DNA of 64,000 nt, taken from contig CBDBHR010000004.1 in assembly GCA_965205865.1 (NCBI GenBank), positions 1 through 64,000 on the forward strand. Reading direction: 5' to 3'. Shown here in pieces: positions 49,498-60,158 of this stretch (the first letter of the stretch is position 1; each line of letters opens with the position of its first letter). Made by a program: the position numbers and the translations under genes. The notes under the pieces were generated by a model that was given only the letters and a program-made list of their open reading frames with translations, had not been told where the DNA came from and searched no databases. This DNA is from a bacterium (GTDB taxonomy: Bacteria > SAR324 > NAC60-12).

Positions 49498-52400
49498 GTT
49501 TCGTCACTGTGTTGAAGAATGGTATCGCGGGCTCGAGTACTGAGATTACGAGCAGCCATCCAGTCTGCGCCCCGGGAATAAATAGGGGATGCGATTATCA
49601 CTTCCACGGGAGTACGCTGGGGTTTCCAAGTGCCATCAGGAAGAAGCGTGCGAGTCCCTTTCAGAATGAGGGGCACGACGGGGAGGTTGTTTTGGGCCGC
49701 AATTGTGAATGCTCCCAGGTGAAAGGGTAGCAGTCCGGGTGCACGGAAGAATGTACCTTCGGGGAAAAATACCAGGGAATGTCCGTCCCGGGCCATTTGA
49801 GCAATCCGTTCATTGTCTTTCACACTTTCATGAAGATCAAAGCGTTCCACGAATAAGGTGCCGAAATGCTGCAGAAAGAGTCTGGCCATTCCAAAGGATT
49901 CCAGTTCCCTTTTTGCGACGAATCGCGCAAAGTCAGGCAAGGTGGCAAGCAGGATTAGTCCATCGATATAGCTGGAATGATTGGCTACGAAAATGCAGGG
50001 GGATTGTAATTCAAAAGAACCTTTGCGTTGCGCAGCGATCCCGGTCAGTGAGAGAAGGCAGCGAGCCGAGGTTTGAATAAAGCGAAAGCGCTGAGGCATG
50101 CTGGGGATCAACATCATACCTATCAAGGTCAATGGCGCGATAAGCCCCAAACAGGCCCAGGCATAGATGGCATAAATTTCTTCGCGCAGCTTTTTACGCA
50201 AACGTTTGATCCATGTCGGCCACGCTTCCAGACCCAGGCGGATCAACTGACGCCAAAGGGGCAATATGCCTTTTCCTAAATTCCCGCTTTCATACAATTG
50301 TTTCAAGGCTGCTCTACGGATTTTGCCGCTGGAGGTTTTGAGCAGGGTATTTGGAGGGGCTAACACGATCTCATCAGGAAGTGTTGCCAACAACTCGTCG
50401 GAGAGTACCTGTACTTGAAGGCGCAGGGATTCCAAAATCCTGGCATCCTTTTCCCGGGTTTCCGCGACCACGACCAGCCGTTCGGTTCCCAGTTTAGCGT
50501 CCATGGATCCAAAGACGGCCACTCTCCCTTTTCGAATGCCTGCCAGGTTACCGACTGCTTCTTCAAGCGCATAGGGATAGATATTGCGACCTGCGCGAAT
50601 AATCACTTCTTTTGCCCGTCCCGTTATAAAGATTTCTCCGTTGGCTTGATAGGCGTAATCGCCGGAATCCAACCATTTTCCCCGAAATAATTCCAGGGTC
50701 GCCTCTTTGTTCCGATAGTATCCCGAAGTGCAGGAAGGCCCTCGGAATTCCAATCGTCCGACCTGGCGTTCGGCAACCTCGTTTCCCGAGTCATCCAGCA
50801 GTCGTATTTCATATCCTTCCAAAGGTCGCCCACAAGAAACAAACGATATGGTTTTTTCTTCCCACTCGAATTCGCTCGGCTCTGCCCGTCTTTGTTGCAT
50901 AAAAGGTTCACGTTTGATGTGCTCCACCAGGGGTCCCCTGCCTGGTGGCGTGAAACTGAGAGCCACACTCGCTTCCGCCAACCCATAGACCGGCATCATG
51001 GCCTGCGGGTTGTATCCGTATGGGGAAAATCGTTCCGCAAATCTCTTCAAGGTGGCAGGTTGGATCGGTTCAGCGCCATTGAGCGCGAGACGCCAGCAAC
51101 TCAAATCCAGATTTTGAATTTGCTCGTCCCTCACTTTATTCAAGCACAGTTCGTAGCCAAAATTAGGCGCAACGGACAAAGTCGCCCGGTGATGGTGAAT
51201 TGTCCACAACCATCGGGCTGGTCGATTGAGGAAGGAAAGAGGAGAGAGGACAACCAATGGCGTCGCATAATAAATAGACACAAACCAGGTGCCGATCAAT
51301 CCCATATCGTGATAAAGGGGAAGCCAGCTGACGCCGACGTCTTTCGAAGTAATCTGCAGGGCTTTTCCAATTGCCCGTATATTGGCGAGCAACATGGCAT
51401 GGGTCAATACAACCCCTTTTGGATTGCCGGTGCTTCCCGAAGTGTATTGAATCAGCGCCGTGTCACCGGCCCGCCGGTTGGGACGTAAATCATTCGTTTC
51501 CGCCACTCGTAATTCCGCCACATCCACAATGTGTTCCATACTCTCCACTTGGGCACGGAGAAGATAAGCCATGGGTCTGGCTTCAGAGATGGTAATGAGC
51601 ACTGATGCCTGCGCGTTTTTGAGAATGCTTGATTGGCGCCGCAAATGGTCTTCAAGGTTTTTCAGACTGGCGGGAGGATAGAGTGGTACGGCAATGCCAC
51701 CCGCGAATAAAATACCAAAAAATGCAAAAAAATAGTCCACCCCGCTGGGAAGCATCAAGGCGACCGGTTGATTGGGAGACATCCCCAATGCTCGTAAACC
51801 GCCTGCAACTTCCAATGCCCCTGCAAGCAACTGCTCGAAGGTGATCACTTGCTCTTCTTTTGCGATTTGAGCAAGGTAGAGATGTGGCCGCTGCGGATTC
51901 AGTTTTGCGCGCCATTCCAGTATTTCCAGCAAGGTGGAAAAGCTTTCGGGAGAGTTTTCTGTCCGGACCATTTCCCCCGGCAATTTCACGGAGGCTGGAT
52001 TAAAGTCGGGCACTTCTTCTTCGCCCCCGAGAATGGCTTGAAATAATTCTCCAGGCGTCTGAATCGACGCTAAAACATCATCAGGGAGGGCGATGCCATA
52101 AATATCTTGCAATCGGGAAAACAATTCTACCCGAGCGATACTATCCAGACCTAAATCGCGGGTGAAATCAGATTCCAACCCGACCGGAGCCGTGCTATGA
52201 GGAAATAGTTCCTTACACAGACTGTTCGTAATCTCCAAAACATTATGAGCAAGGGATTCCGCTTGCGGCGCCTCTGAATAAAGAATTCCCCTCCCCTGGA
52301 GGGAGGGGTTAGGGGAGGGGGAAATTTGAGGCTTGGTTGATGGAGTACTCAAGAAGTTTTTTTCCACGGTCAAAACCTTGATCGAAGTAATTGAATTCAT
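49443..52400 (-). CDS. ACP + fatty acyl-AMP ligase + PlsC-type acyltransferase multidomain protein
   Basis: LGLDSI (Ppant Ser), QYTSGSTGNPKG, WLPLYHDMGLIG, YGLAEA, KTSSGK, NHSSYID and FPEGT. Confidence 0.92.
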   Translation of the reverse strand: MNSITSIKVLTVEKNFLSTPSTKPQISPSPNPSLQGRGILYSEAPQAESLAHNVLEITNSLCKELFPHSTAPVGLESDFTRDLGLDSIARVELFSRLQDIYGIALPDDVLASIQTPGELFQAILGGEEEVPDFNPASVKLPGEMVRTENSPESFSTLLEILEWRAKLNPQRPHLYLAQIAKEEQVITFEQLLAGALEVAGGLRALGMSPNQPVALMLPSGVDYFFAFFGILFAGGIAVPLYPPASLKNLEDHLRRQSSILKNAQASVLITISEARPMAYLLRAQVESMEHIVDVAELRVAETNDLRPNRRAGDTALIQYTSGSTGNPKGVVLTHAMLLANIRAIGKALQITSKDVGVSWLPLYHDMGLIGTWFVSIYYATPLVVLSPLSFLNRPARWLWTIHHHRATLSVAPNFGYELCLNKVRDEQIQNLDLSCWRLALNGAEPIQPATLKRFAERFSPYGYNPQAMMPVYGLAEASVALSFTPPGRGPLVEHIKREPFMQQRRAEPSEFEWEEKTISFVSCGRPLEGYEIRLLDDSGNEVAERQVGRLEFRGPSCTSGYYRNKEATLELFRGKWLDSGDYAYQANGEIFITGRAKEVIIRAGRNIYPYALEEAVGNLAGIRKGRVAVFGSMDAKLGTERLVVVAETREKDARILESLRLQVQVLSDELLATLPDEIVLAPPNTLLKTSSGKIRRAALKQLYESGNLGKGILPLWRQLIRLGLEAWPTWIKRLRKKLREEIYAIYAWACLGLIAPLTLIGMMLIPSMPQRFRFIQTSARCLLSLTGIAAQRKGSFELQSPCIFVANHSSYIDGLILLATLPDFARFVAKRELESFGMARLFLQHFGTLFVERFDLHESVKDNERIAQMARDGHSLVFFPEGTFFRAPGLLPFHLGAFTIAAQNNLPVVPLILKGTRTLLPDGTWKPQRTPVEVIIASPIYSRGADWMAARNLSTRARDTILQHSDETDLEPPRSSISIKSENDV

Positions 52401-52498
52401 TAAACCACCAGGTCTGCTGATGCGAACCTAATAGGCTTTGCCGATCAGACATGAGTAACGTATACGTGTCCGTGAGCCGTGCTCGTGCTCGTGAACGA

Positions 52499-52846
52499 TT
52501 AGTGAGATCGTTGACACATTTTTGTTAACATAGCGACAATGCGATGTAGTAACTGTTTTCCTTTATCGAATAATGGAGACTGAATGATCTTCAAAACTTT
52601 CAAAACATCGAGAATCGCACCACATTCCATAGAGGATCCTCGAGCAATCGCGTAGAATCGCTGCTTATCGGAAAGAGACGTTTTGCCACACCCCTCGGCA
52701 ATATTGAGAGGAATCGACCATGAGACACGCTTCAGTTGATCAGCTAAGGCAGAGTTTCCTCTGGGCAATGTCTCAATGATTTGGACACTCAATGCTAAAA
52801 ATTCGATGGAACATTGGTAAACATCTAATTTTTCATGATCTGGCAT
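52499..52846 (-). CDS. Four-helix bundle (23S rRNA IVS-like) protein flanked by hexamer repeats
   Basis: HEKLDVYQ..DQLKR..SIPLNIAEG..IARGSSMEC; CGTGCT/CGTGAA units at 52455-52497 and inverse CGTTCA/GAGCAC units at 52856-52894. Confidence 0.9.
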   Translation of the reverse strand: MPDHEKLDVYQCSIEFLALSVQIIETLPRGNSALADQLKRVSWSIPLNIAEGCGKTSLSDKQRFYAIARGSSMECGAILDVLKVLKIIQSPLFDKGKQLLHRIVAMLTKMCQRSH

Positions 52847-53004
52847 AACTCCTTTCGTTCACGTTCACGAGCACGTTTTACGAATACGAGCACGTTTTGC
52901 CCCCATCCTGGGGGCCTTTTCAAGCCACCTGCTCTGCCGGTGGTGATGACTTTTGAATTTCCTGAGAAATCCCCAACATCTCCAAGATCGAGGGCAGTGT
53001 GGGT

Positions 53005-55290
53005 TTAAATCGACTCCACGATTGCATTGAAGGTGGCACTGGGACGCATCGCTTTTGCGGTTTTCTCGGGATCGGGTTTGAAATAACCACCAATGTCCAA
53101 CGGTTGCCCTTGAGCTGCATGCATCTCCTGTATGATTGTTGCCTCGTTCTTGCCAAGTTGCCGGGCAACCATGGTAAAACGAGCTTGCAAATCAGGAACT
53201 TTATTTTGTTTGGCCAAGGCTTGCGCCCAATACAGGGCAAGGTAAAAATGGCTACCCCTGTTGTCCAATTCATGGACTTTACGCGAGGGTGATTTCCCAT
53301 TTTCCAAATACTCCGCGACGGCTTGATCCAGCGTTTCGGCAAAAATTTGAGCGGCCTCACTTTGGAAGGTATTGCCAAGATGTTCGAATGAGGACGCCAG
53401 AGCGCTGAATTCGCCAAGAGAATCCCATCTCAAGTGTCCCTCTTCGAGAAACTGCTGAACGTGTTTGGGTGCCGAGCCACCGGCTCCTGTTTCAAAAAGA
53501 CCTCCTCCCTTCATCAAAGGGACGATGGAAAGCATTTTTGCGCTGGTGCCCAATTCCAGTATGGGAAATAAATCAGTAAGATAATCGCGTAGTACATTCC
53601 CTGTCACTGCTATGGTATCCTCTCCCTTTCTGATCCTTGCAACCGAATATCGCATTGCTTCGACGGGGGGCATGATGCCGATATGCAAACCCTGCGTGTC
53701 GTGATTGGGTAGATACTGATTCACTTTGGCAATGATCTCCGCATCATGCGCTCTTTTTGCATCCAACCAAAAAATGGCAGGGTTGTTAGTTGCTCTTGCT
53801 CGATTGACCGCCAACTTGACCCAATCCCGGATAGGAGCATCTTTGGTTTGGCACATTCGGAAGATATCTCCTCCTTCCACTTTCTGCTCCAGCAGTATTT
53901 TTTGAATCCCCCTCCCCTTGAGGGAGGGGTCGGGGGTGAGGTGTCGCGGGGAGGGGTCGTTCCCGGAAGTTTCAACCACTCGAATTGTCCCGGGAGCAGG
54001 CGCTTCAAAAGTTTTGTCGTGAGAACCATATTCCTCGGCTTTTTGCGCCATCAAACCCACATTGGAAACGTTTCCCATGGTGGCCGGATTGAAAGCCCCA
54101 TGTTGTTGGCAATCTTCCATGAGGGCTTGATACATGGTGGCATAACATCGGTCCGGGACCATGGCGATAGTGTCATGAAGTTGATTGTCGGGTGCCCACA
54201 TTTTTCCTCCATCACGTATGACAACAGGCAATGAGGCGTCGATGATCACATTGTTCGGCAGATGCAAATTCGTGATGCCTTTGAAGGAATCCACCATCGC
54301 CAATTGTGGGCGACCCTGATAAACGGTTTGAATATCGGCTTCAATTTCAGCTTGTTGCGCTTCCGGCAAATGCCGGATTTTTGCATAAAGCTCTCCCAAG
54401 CCATTGTTGACCTTGACCGCCAACTCTTTTATGAGCATCGCATGCTTTTCAAAAACATCCTTATAAAAAATGGACACACAATGACCAAACAAGATAGGAT
54501 CTGAAACTTTCATCATCGTCGCCTTGAGATGCAGAGACAACAACACTCCCTCTTTTTTCGCCCTTTCCATTTGTTCTTCATAGAATTGACGCAATTCCCG
54601 AATATTCATGACCACGGTGTCAATCACTTCATTTTCTATTAACGGGATCTTTTCATTGAGAACCGTGACGCTGTCGTTGTCGGCAACATACTCAATCTTC
54701 ACATTTCCCGCCTTTTTCACGGTCTGCGATTGTTCACTGCCATAAAAATCTCCCCGGATCATATAAGCAATCCGGGATTTCGAATCCACCGGCCACTCCT
54801 TCATCATTTTGTGGGGGTACTTTTTTCCAATTTGTTTAACGGAATCAGCGACTCTCCTATCCGAATTCCCCTCTCTCAAAACCGGATTGACGGAACTTCC
54901 CAGCACTTTGGCAAATCGTGCTCGAAGCGTTTTCTCGGCATTGGTATCAGGGTTTTCGGGAAAGTCCGGGATATCATAGCCCTTGGCTTGCAATTCCCGT
55001 ATCGCCTTTTTCAATTGGGGAACGGAAGCGCTGATATTGGGCAACTTAATGATATTGGCCTCGGGTTGCTGGATGAGTTCACTCAATTCGACAAGAGCAT
55101 TGGGGATTTGCTGCTCCTTTGTCAGGTTTTCGGGAAAATTCGCAATGATTCTCCCTGCCAGAGAGACGTCTTTTGTTTCAATCGCGATACCGGAACCTTT
55201 GAGAAAGGACTGGAGGATTGGGAGTAAAGAATGCGAGGCCAGCGCAGGGGCTTCATCCACTACTGTGAAAATAATCGTTTGGCTAGTCAT
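53005..55290 (-). CDS. icd: Monomeric NADP-dependent isocitrate dehydrogenase
   Basis: [60 protein letters not shown]. Confidence 0.96.
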   Translation of the reverse strand: MTSQTIIFTVVDEAPALASHSLLPILQSFLKGSGIAIETKDVSLAGRIIANFPENLTKEQQIPNALVELSELIQQPEANIIKLPNISASVPQLKKAIRELQAKGYDIPDFPENPDTNAEKTLRARFAKVLGSSVNPVLREGNSDRRVADSVKQIGKKYPHKMMKEWPVDSKSRIAYMIRGDFYGSEQSQTVKKAGNVKIEYVADNDSVTVLNEKIPLIENEVIDTVVMNIRELRQFYEEQMERAKKEGVLLSLHLKATMMKVSDPILFGHCVSIFYKDVFEKHAMLIKELAVKVNNGLGELYAKIRHLPEAQQAEIEADIQTVYQGRPQLAMVDSFKGITNLHLPNNVIIDASLPVVIRDGGKMWAPDNQLHDTIAMVPDRCYATMYQALMEDCQQHGAFNPATMGNVSNVGLMAQKAEEYGSHDKTFEAPAPGTIRVVETSGNDPSPRHLTPDPSLKGRGIQKILLEQKVEGGDIFRMCQTKDAPIRDWVKLAVNRARATNNPAIFWLDAKRAHDAEIIAKVNQYLPNHDTQGLHIGIMPPVEAMRYSVARIRKGEDTIAVTGNVLRDYLTDLFPILELGTSAKMLSIVPLMKGGGLFETGAGGSAPKHVQQFLEEGHLRWDSLGEFSALASSFEHLGNTFQSEAAQIFAETLDQAVAEYLENGKSPSRKVHELDNRGSHFYLALYWAQALAKQNKVPDLQARFTMVARQLGKNEATIIQEMHAAQGQPLDIGGYFKPDPEKTAKAMRPSATFNAIVESI

Positions 55291-55545
55291 ACATAATCTA
55301 TCGGTGAATGCCTGTTTGTCAGGGTCTTGAAAAGGACTGAGAATAACGCGAACGAGTGGAATAATCCAGAAAGATCCCTGCCATCCCCGTTGCCGGGAGA
55401 CGGAGGGGGAGGAGGCTTGTCTCAAAACGGAGTTGTTTTTACATTTGACGAGTCAATTCCCGGATTTCCCGGATCAAGTTTCGTCTTCGTCGTAATCCTT
55501 CCAAGGCGCTGCCCCCTTTTCGCTTTCTGTTATCATGTCATTGAC

Positions 55546-56454
55546 TCAGAACGATTGCTGTGACTGTTTCTGACCTCGAGGATGCAACTGCTGGAAAGTC
55601 TCAAAATAATCCGGAACGTTGACATGCGCGTATTGAAAGGTCGCGTCCAGCTTCGTGTATCCAAACAGCATGCGGATGCAGGTCAAATCCATTCCGTTTT
55701 GGATCAAATGCATGGCAAAAGAATGGCGTAGCATCCGTGGAGTGATATTGCTTTGAATACCTGCGCGCCTTGTATGCTTTTTGACCATGTTCCAAAATCC
55801 GATACGGGTCATGCGCACGCCATTGCGATTGGGGAACAGGCAAGGATCATCTTTATTCAGCAATCTTGGCAAACGTGCCGATGCCAAATACATTTGCAAC
55901 ACTTCCACGGCTTTGGAGGTGATGGGCACCATCCGCTCTCGTTTACCACGGACTTTGAGAAAACCCAAATCCGGAAAAAGATCATCGACGTTCAGATTCA
56001 GCAATTCTTTCACTTTGAGTCCACTGGAATAGGAAAGTTCCAGGAGTGCGCGGTCTCGCAATCCGAGATAGTGATTCAGGGACGGCGCCTCCAGCAAGGC
56101 CACGACTTCTTGCTGAGAAAGCATTTCAGGTGGCGTGTATTCGATTTTCGGGAATTTTACCAAGTCCAAGGGATTGATTTCAAGCAAGCCTTGTTGCTCG
56201 AGATTGAAAAAGAAAAGTCTCAGTGAAGAAAGATGCCGCGCCACGGTTCGGGGCTTGACACTAAGTTGCAAATACTCTATATAAGTCCGGATATCCTCCA
56301 CCGCCAGTTTTTGCAACCGGTGCAGTGCCGGGCCGCCCTGGCTTTCCAGCCACTCTTTGAAACGCAATAGATCCAATCGATGATTCTGTATACTATTGAG
56401 AGAATATTTTTTGGTTTGCAGGTATTCGACGAATTGCGCAATTAATGGATCCAT
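55546..56454 (-). CDS. XerD-like tyrosine recombinase with atypical active site
   Basis: N-terminal SAM-like domain, LRDRALLEL, GKRERMVP, LRHSFA, C-terminal HPR. Confidence 0.85.
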   Translation of the reverse strand: MDPLIAQFVEYLQTKKYSLNSIQNHRLDLLRFKEWLESQGGPALHRLQKLAVEDIRTYIEYLQLSVKPRTVARHLSSLRLFFFNLEQQGLLEINPLDLVKFPKIEYTPPEMLSQQEVVALLEAPSLNHYLGLRDRALLELSYSSGLKVKELLNLNVDDLFPDLGFLKVRGKRERMVPITSKAVEVLQMYLASARLPRLLNKDDPCLFPNRNGVRMTRIGFWNMVKKHTRRAGIQSNITPRMLRHSFAMHLIQNGMDLTCIRMLFGYTKLDATFQYAHVNVPDYFETFQQLHPRGQKQSQQSF

Positions 56455-56637
56455 GAAAACACTTCCACTGTGTAATTGATCGGCTTGCTTCCTGAAGACG
56501 ATCTATGTTTTACTCCATTTTGCCGGGAAATCCAAGACACCAATATGGAAGAGGCGAGAGGACTGCGAGATAGGCAGTACGATTCGGAACAAAACCAAGT
56601 TTGACCCGCGTTCCCGGCCGGTATAAAGAATGGACCC

Positions 56638-58014
56638 ATGAGCAATGTAACCGATTTGGAATTGGAGGATTATTTTCTCCAAACCTTTCAAAAACAAAAA
56701 GACACCGGCAAGCAGGAGTTGTTGGGCACGGAATACGAATATTTCGTACTCCGCTCCCTCGCTTCCTCTCCCCGTTACCGTCCCTTGCCAATGGATGGAG
56801 ACCCCGGGGTGTATGAGCTGCTTTCCTTGATTCACCAAATCGCCCAAGAGGAAGGGGCTATCTGGGAAAAACGCTTTGAAAACAATAAATTGATTGGTTT
56901 GTTTAACAATCAGCAACAAACTATTACGATTGAACCGGGAGGACAATTCGAATTCTCAGGTGCTCCTCTGAGTTCTCTGCACGCGATTCACGAGGAACAG
57001 ATGACCTACCTGCAACTTCTCTCCCAAGCCATTGCAAGGTTTGACGGCAAAATTCTTTCCCTGGGTCTGAATCCTCTCTACCGGCTCGAGGAAATTCCGC
57101 TGGTGGACAAGCACCGCTATCAAATCATGTTTCTTCACATGAAAAAAGTTGGTAGCCATGGTCAGTTGATGATGAAAGGAACGACTGCCACTCAAGTAAG
57201 CCTTGATTATTTTTCCGTGGAGGATTTGCAACGCAAATTTGTCTTTCTCAATCGTCTCTCGCCGTTTTTGACAGCCATTTTTGCCAACAGTCCGCTTCTT
57301 GAAGGAAAATCCACAGGCTACTTGTCATTTCGTGGAAGAATTTGGCTGGACACGGACCCGGCACGGGCAGGATTGCCGATGCCTTTCTTGAAAGAAACCT
57401 TTCAGTTGAACGATTACATTCAATGGGCCCTGCAAGCTCCTCCTTATTTTTTAATGCGTGATAAACGCGCCATTCTACTGACCGACACGCCTTTTCGGAA
57501 ACTGCTTGCAGGAAAACACCCGGAGATTCAAGTCGAAGCAGACGATTGGAATCTGCACTTGGGGATGCTTTTCCCCGAGGTCCGCATCAAGCAAATCATT
57601 GAGGTGCGGGCTCCGGATGCGCAACTGCCCGAGAATTCCATTGCCATTCCCGCCTTGTTGAAGGCGCTCGTTTATGACGAACATGCTTTTGAAAGAATTC
57701 ACGCTCTTTTGATGGATCTGCCTTTGCAGGACTTCCCGCTTTTCCATCTTGCAGGCGCCAGGGAAGGTCTGCATGCGGAAGTCCATGGCGTCAATTTTGC
57801 TAATATGGCACGGAATTTTTTTGAAATCGGCCTCAGCGCCCTCGGTTCGGAAGAGGAGGAATGGCTTCTCCCTTATTTTGACAAATATACCAAAGATGGA
57901 AATACTCCTGCAGATCTGGTATTGCGGCATTTTACGGATAGCGGCAATGACCTTGAAAGCTGGGCTGAACAGTATATTACGGGAACTCGGCTCCCCTTCC
58001 TCACCGAAGTCTGA
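56638..58014 (+). CDS. Glutamate--cysteine ligase (GCS2; GshA/EgtA-like)
   Basis: GTEYE, TIEPGGQFEFSG, TTATQVSLD, AIFANSP, FPEVRIK..EVRAPD. Confidence 0.9.
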   Translation: MSNVTDLELEDYFLQTFQKQKDTGKQELLGTEYEYFVLRSLASSPRYRPLPMDGDPGVYELLSLIHQIAQEEGAIWEKRFENNKLIGLFNNQQQTITIEPGGQFEFSGAPLSSLHAIHEEQMTYLQLLSQAIARFDGKILSLGLNPLYRLEEIPLVDKHRYQIMFLHMKKVGSHGQLMMKGTTATQVSLDYFSVEDLQRKFVFLNRLSPFLTAIFANSPLLEGKSTGYLSFRGRIWLDTDPARAGLPMPFLKETFQLNDYIQWALQAPPYFLMRDKRAILLTDTPFRKLLAGKHPEIQVEADDWNLHLGMLFPEVRIKQIIEVRAPDAQLPENSIAIPALLKALVYDEHAFERIHALLMDLPLQDFPLFHLAGAREGLHAEVHGVNFANMARNFFEIGLSALGSEEEEWLLPYFDKYTKDGNTPADLVLRHFTDSGNDLESWAEQYITGTRLPFLTEV

Positions 58015-58053
58015 TTCATCGCGTCAGGGAATCGAAGGTGCAAGTCCGAGTCC

Positions 58054-58644
58054 ATGAAAGGAACCAACATGTCTGATTTCAATTTCACTATTCCCAAACG
58101 TCCTAAAATTAAAACCGGGGCTTTTCAGATTTACACAGGAAACGGCAAAGGCAAGAGCACGGCTTCCCTGGGATTGATGCTACGGGCTTTGGGATGCGGA
58201 TTTCACGTGTATTATTTGAGGATGTTGAAACCCCGTTGGCAAACGGGGGAATTGAAACTGGGACCTTCCCTGCATCCGAACCTGACCTTCCGCAATATTC
58301 CCCACTACTGGGCCCTTTGCGTCAGCAAGAACGTGCCACGGGACGTGGAGGCCATGCGGGAGAAACTGAAGCCCGAAATGGATGAGTTGCAAGAAAATCT
58401 CACCTGCGGCGCCTATGATATGGTGATTGTGGACGAAATCAACTATTGCGTCTATCGGGAGTTGGTGTCCGTCGAACGAGCGCTCGAGTTGGTTGAAAGC
58501 CGCCCTGACGACGTTGAACTGGTTTTTACCGGTCGACATGCGCACCAGGCATTGATCCAAAGGGCGCACCTGGTTACAGAAATGCAGAGCATCAAGCACC
58601 CCTTCGAAAAGGGAATCAAAGCACGCATCGGTATCGAATTCTAA
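58054..58644 (+). CDS. cobO: Cob(I)yrinic acid a,c-diamide adenosyltransferase
   Basis: YTGNGKGKST, VDEIN, VFTGR, VTEM..KHPF..GIEF. Confidence 0.93.
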   Translation: MKGTNMSDFNFTIPKRPKIKTGAFQIYTGNGKGKSTASLGLMLRALGCGFHVYYLRMLKPRWQTGELKLGPSLHPNLTFRNIPHYWALCVSKNVPRDVEAMREKLKPEMDELQENLTCGAYDMVIVDEINYCVYRELVSVERALELVESRPDDVELVFTGRHAHQALIQRAHLVTEMQSIKHPFEKGIKARIGIEF

Positions 58645-58655
58645 ACCCCTCTCTG

Positions 58656-60067
58656 ATGATGAGTCCCACAATTCCCTCCCACGGCATGATTCTGACGGGC
58701 ATGCAGAGTAGTAGTGGCAAAACTGCCATCACCTGTATGCTCCTGAGCGTCTTGCAAGAACGGGGATTGGACCCCCAGGCCTTCAAGGTTGGTCCTGATT
58801 TTATCGACCCCGGATATCACAGCCATTATACAAAACGTCCTTGCATCAATCTGGATGCGTGGATGATGGGAAAATCTCGAATTTTGCGAGAAGTCGAACA
58901 ATACCTTGCCGGAACCGTAGGGGTTGTCGAAGGCGTGATGGGACTCTTTGATGGCGCCAGTCCTTCTTCCGATGAAGGCAGTACCATGGAACTAGCCCAC
59001 TGGTTGGGTTGGCCAGTGGTTCTGATTGTCCCCTGCCGTAAAGCAGGTCGCTCGATTGCCGCGGCGATTCAAGGCTTTATGGAAAAAGCCGGAAATGGGC
59101 GTATCTCCGGTGTGATTTTGAATCAAGTCGGAGGCGAGTCCCATGCCCAATACCTCAGAGAGGCCTTGTCCTATTTGAAGCTTCCCATTTTAGGAGTAGT
59201 CTCACACCACGAAATTCTCCAATGGCCCGAACGGCATTTGGGATTGCATCCCCAAGCGGAAATGCAATTGCCTGAATCAAAAGAACTAGCCAGGTTGGCA
59301 GAGGAGGTTTTAGACATTCCTGCCATTCTGTCCCTGCTCACCCCGGCGCCCCTGCTTCAGCAACCAGCAACTCCTTTTCAAGACCCCTCCCCTGGCCCCT
59401 CCCTCAAGGGGAGGGGGAATCACTTTTCCTTTCGCAAGCGAATCGGTCTCGCCAGGGACGAGGCATTTCATTTTTATTACCATGCCAATCTCGAATTTTT
59501 AAAAAGCTGCGGAGTGGAACTCATCGAGTTTTCACCTTTGTCCGATTCCACCTTACCGGCAGGAATCGAGGGAATGATTTTTGGAGGAGGATTCCCCGAA
59601 GTCTTTGCTGAACAAATTGCTGAAAACAGAACGATGCGTACCGCCATCGCTCAGGCAATCAACGACGGCATGCCTTGTTATGCGGAATGCGGAGGTCTGA
59701 TGATTCTATCCCGGGAATTGATCAGCCGGAAAAAGAGCGCTATCCCATGGCCGGGGTGCTGCCGGGGGCAGTGGAAATGACGGAACGTCTCAACAACTTT
59801 GGCTATTGTTTCTGCAAACCCCTGGCAGCGGACCCTCCCAATGATTCAGCAGGAAACCAATCCTGGCGAGGTCATGAATTCCACTATTCACGCTGGCTTG
59901 CCGAAGCGGAGGCCGCCAATTTATGGCAGGTCACCAAAAAATATCGAAATGTGACGAGAAAAGAAGGGTTCCGCTACCAGCAACTCCATGCCTCCTATGT
60001 CCATCTCTATTTTCCGACCGCCTCTGCCGTTCTCGAGGAAATATTCGGATTGACGCCACCCCCTTGA
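58656..60067 (+). CDS. cobB: Cobyrinate a,c-diamide synthase (frameshift at A-run ~59730, probably sequencing error)
   Basis: SSSGKT, FKVGPDFIDP, EGVMGLFDG, ERHLGL, FHFYY, AECGGLM; second frame GHEFHYS..ASYVHL. Confidence 0.9.
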
Positions 60068-60105
60068 ATCCCCCTCCCCTTGAGGGAGGGGCCAGGGGAG
60101 GGGTC
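60064..60105. repeat. GC-rich palindromic element (family also at 52284, 53903, 59382)
   Basis: Reverse complement matches 59382-59422 at 40 of 41 nt. Confidence 0.9.
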
Positions 60106-60158
60106 AGGTTTTTTATAAAATATTTAAAGTTTAGGCTGTTTAAAGATTTTAGGAATGC

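Noticed and set aside
59725-59740. Programmed frameshift or phase variation in cobB (also the RAYT T-run ~25577)
   Set aside because: Single-base loss in short homopolymers recurs across the window, typical of sequencing error
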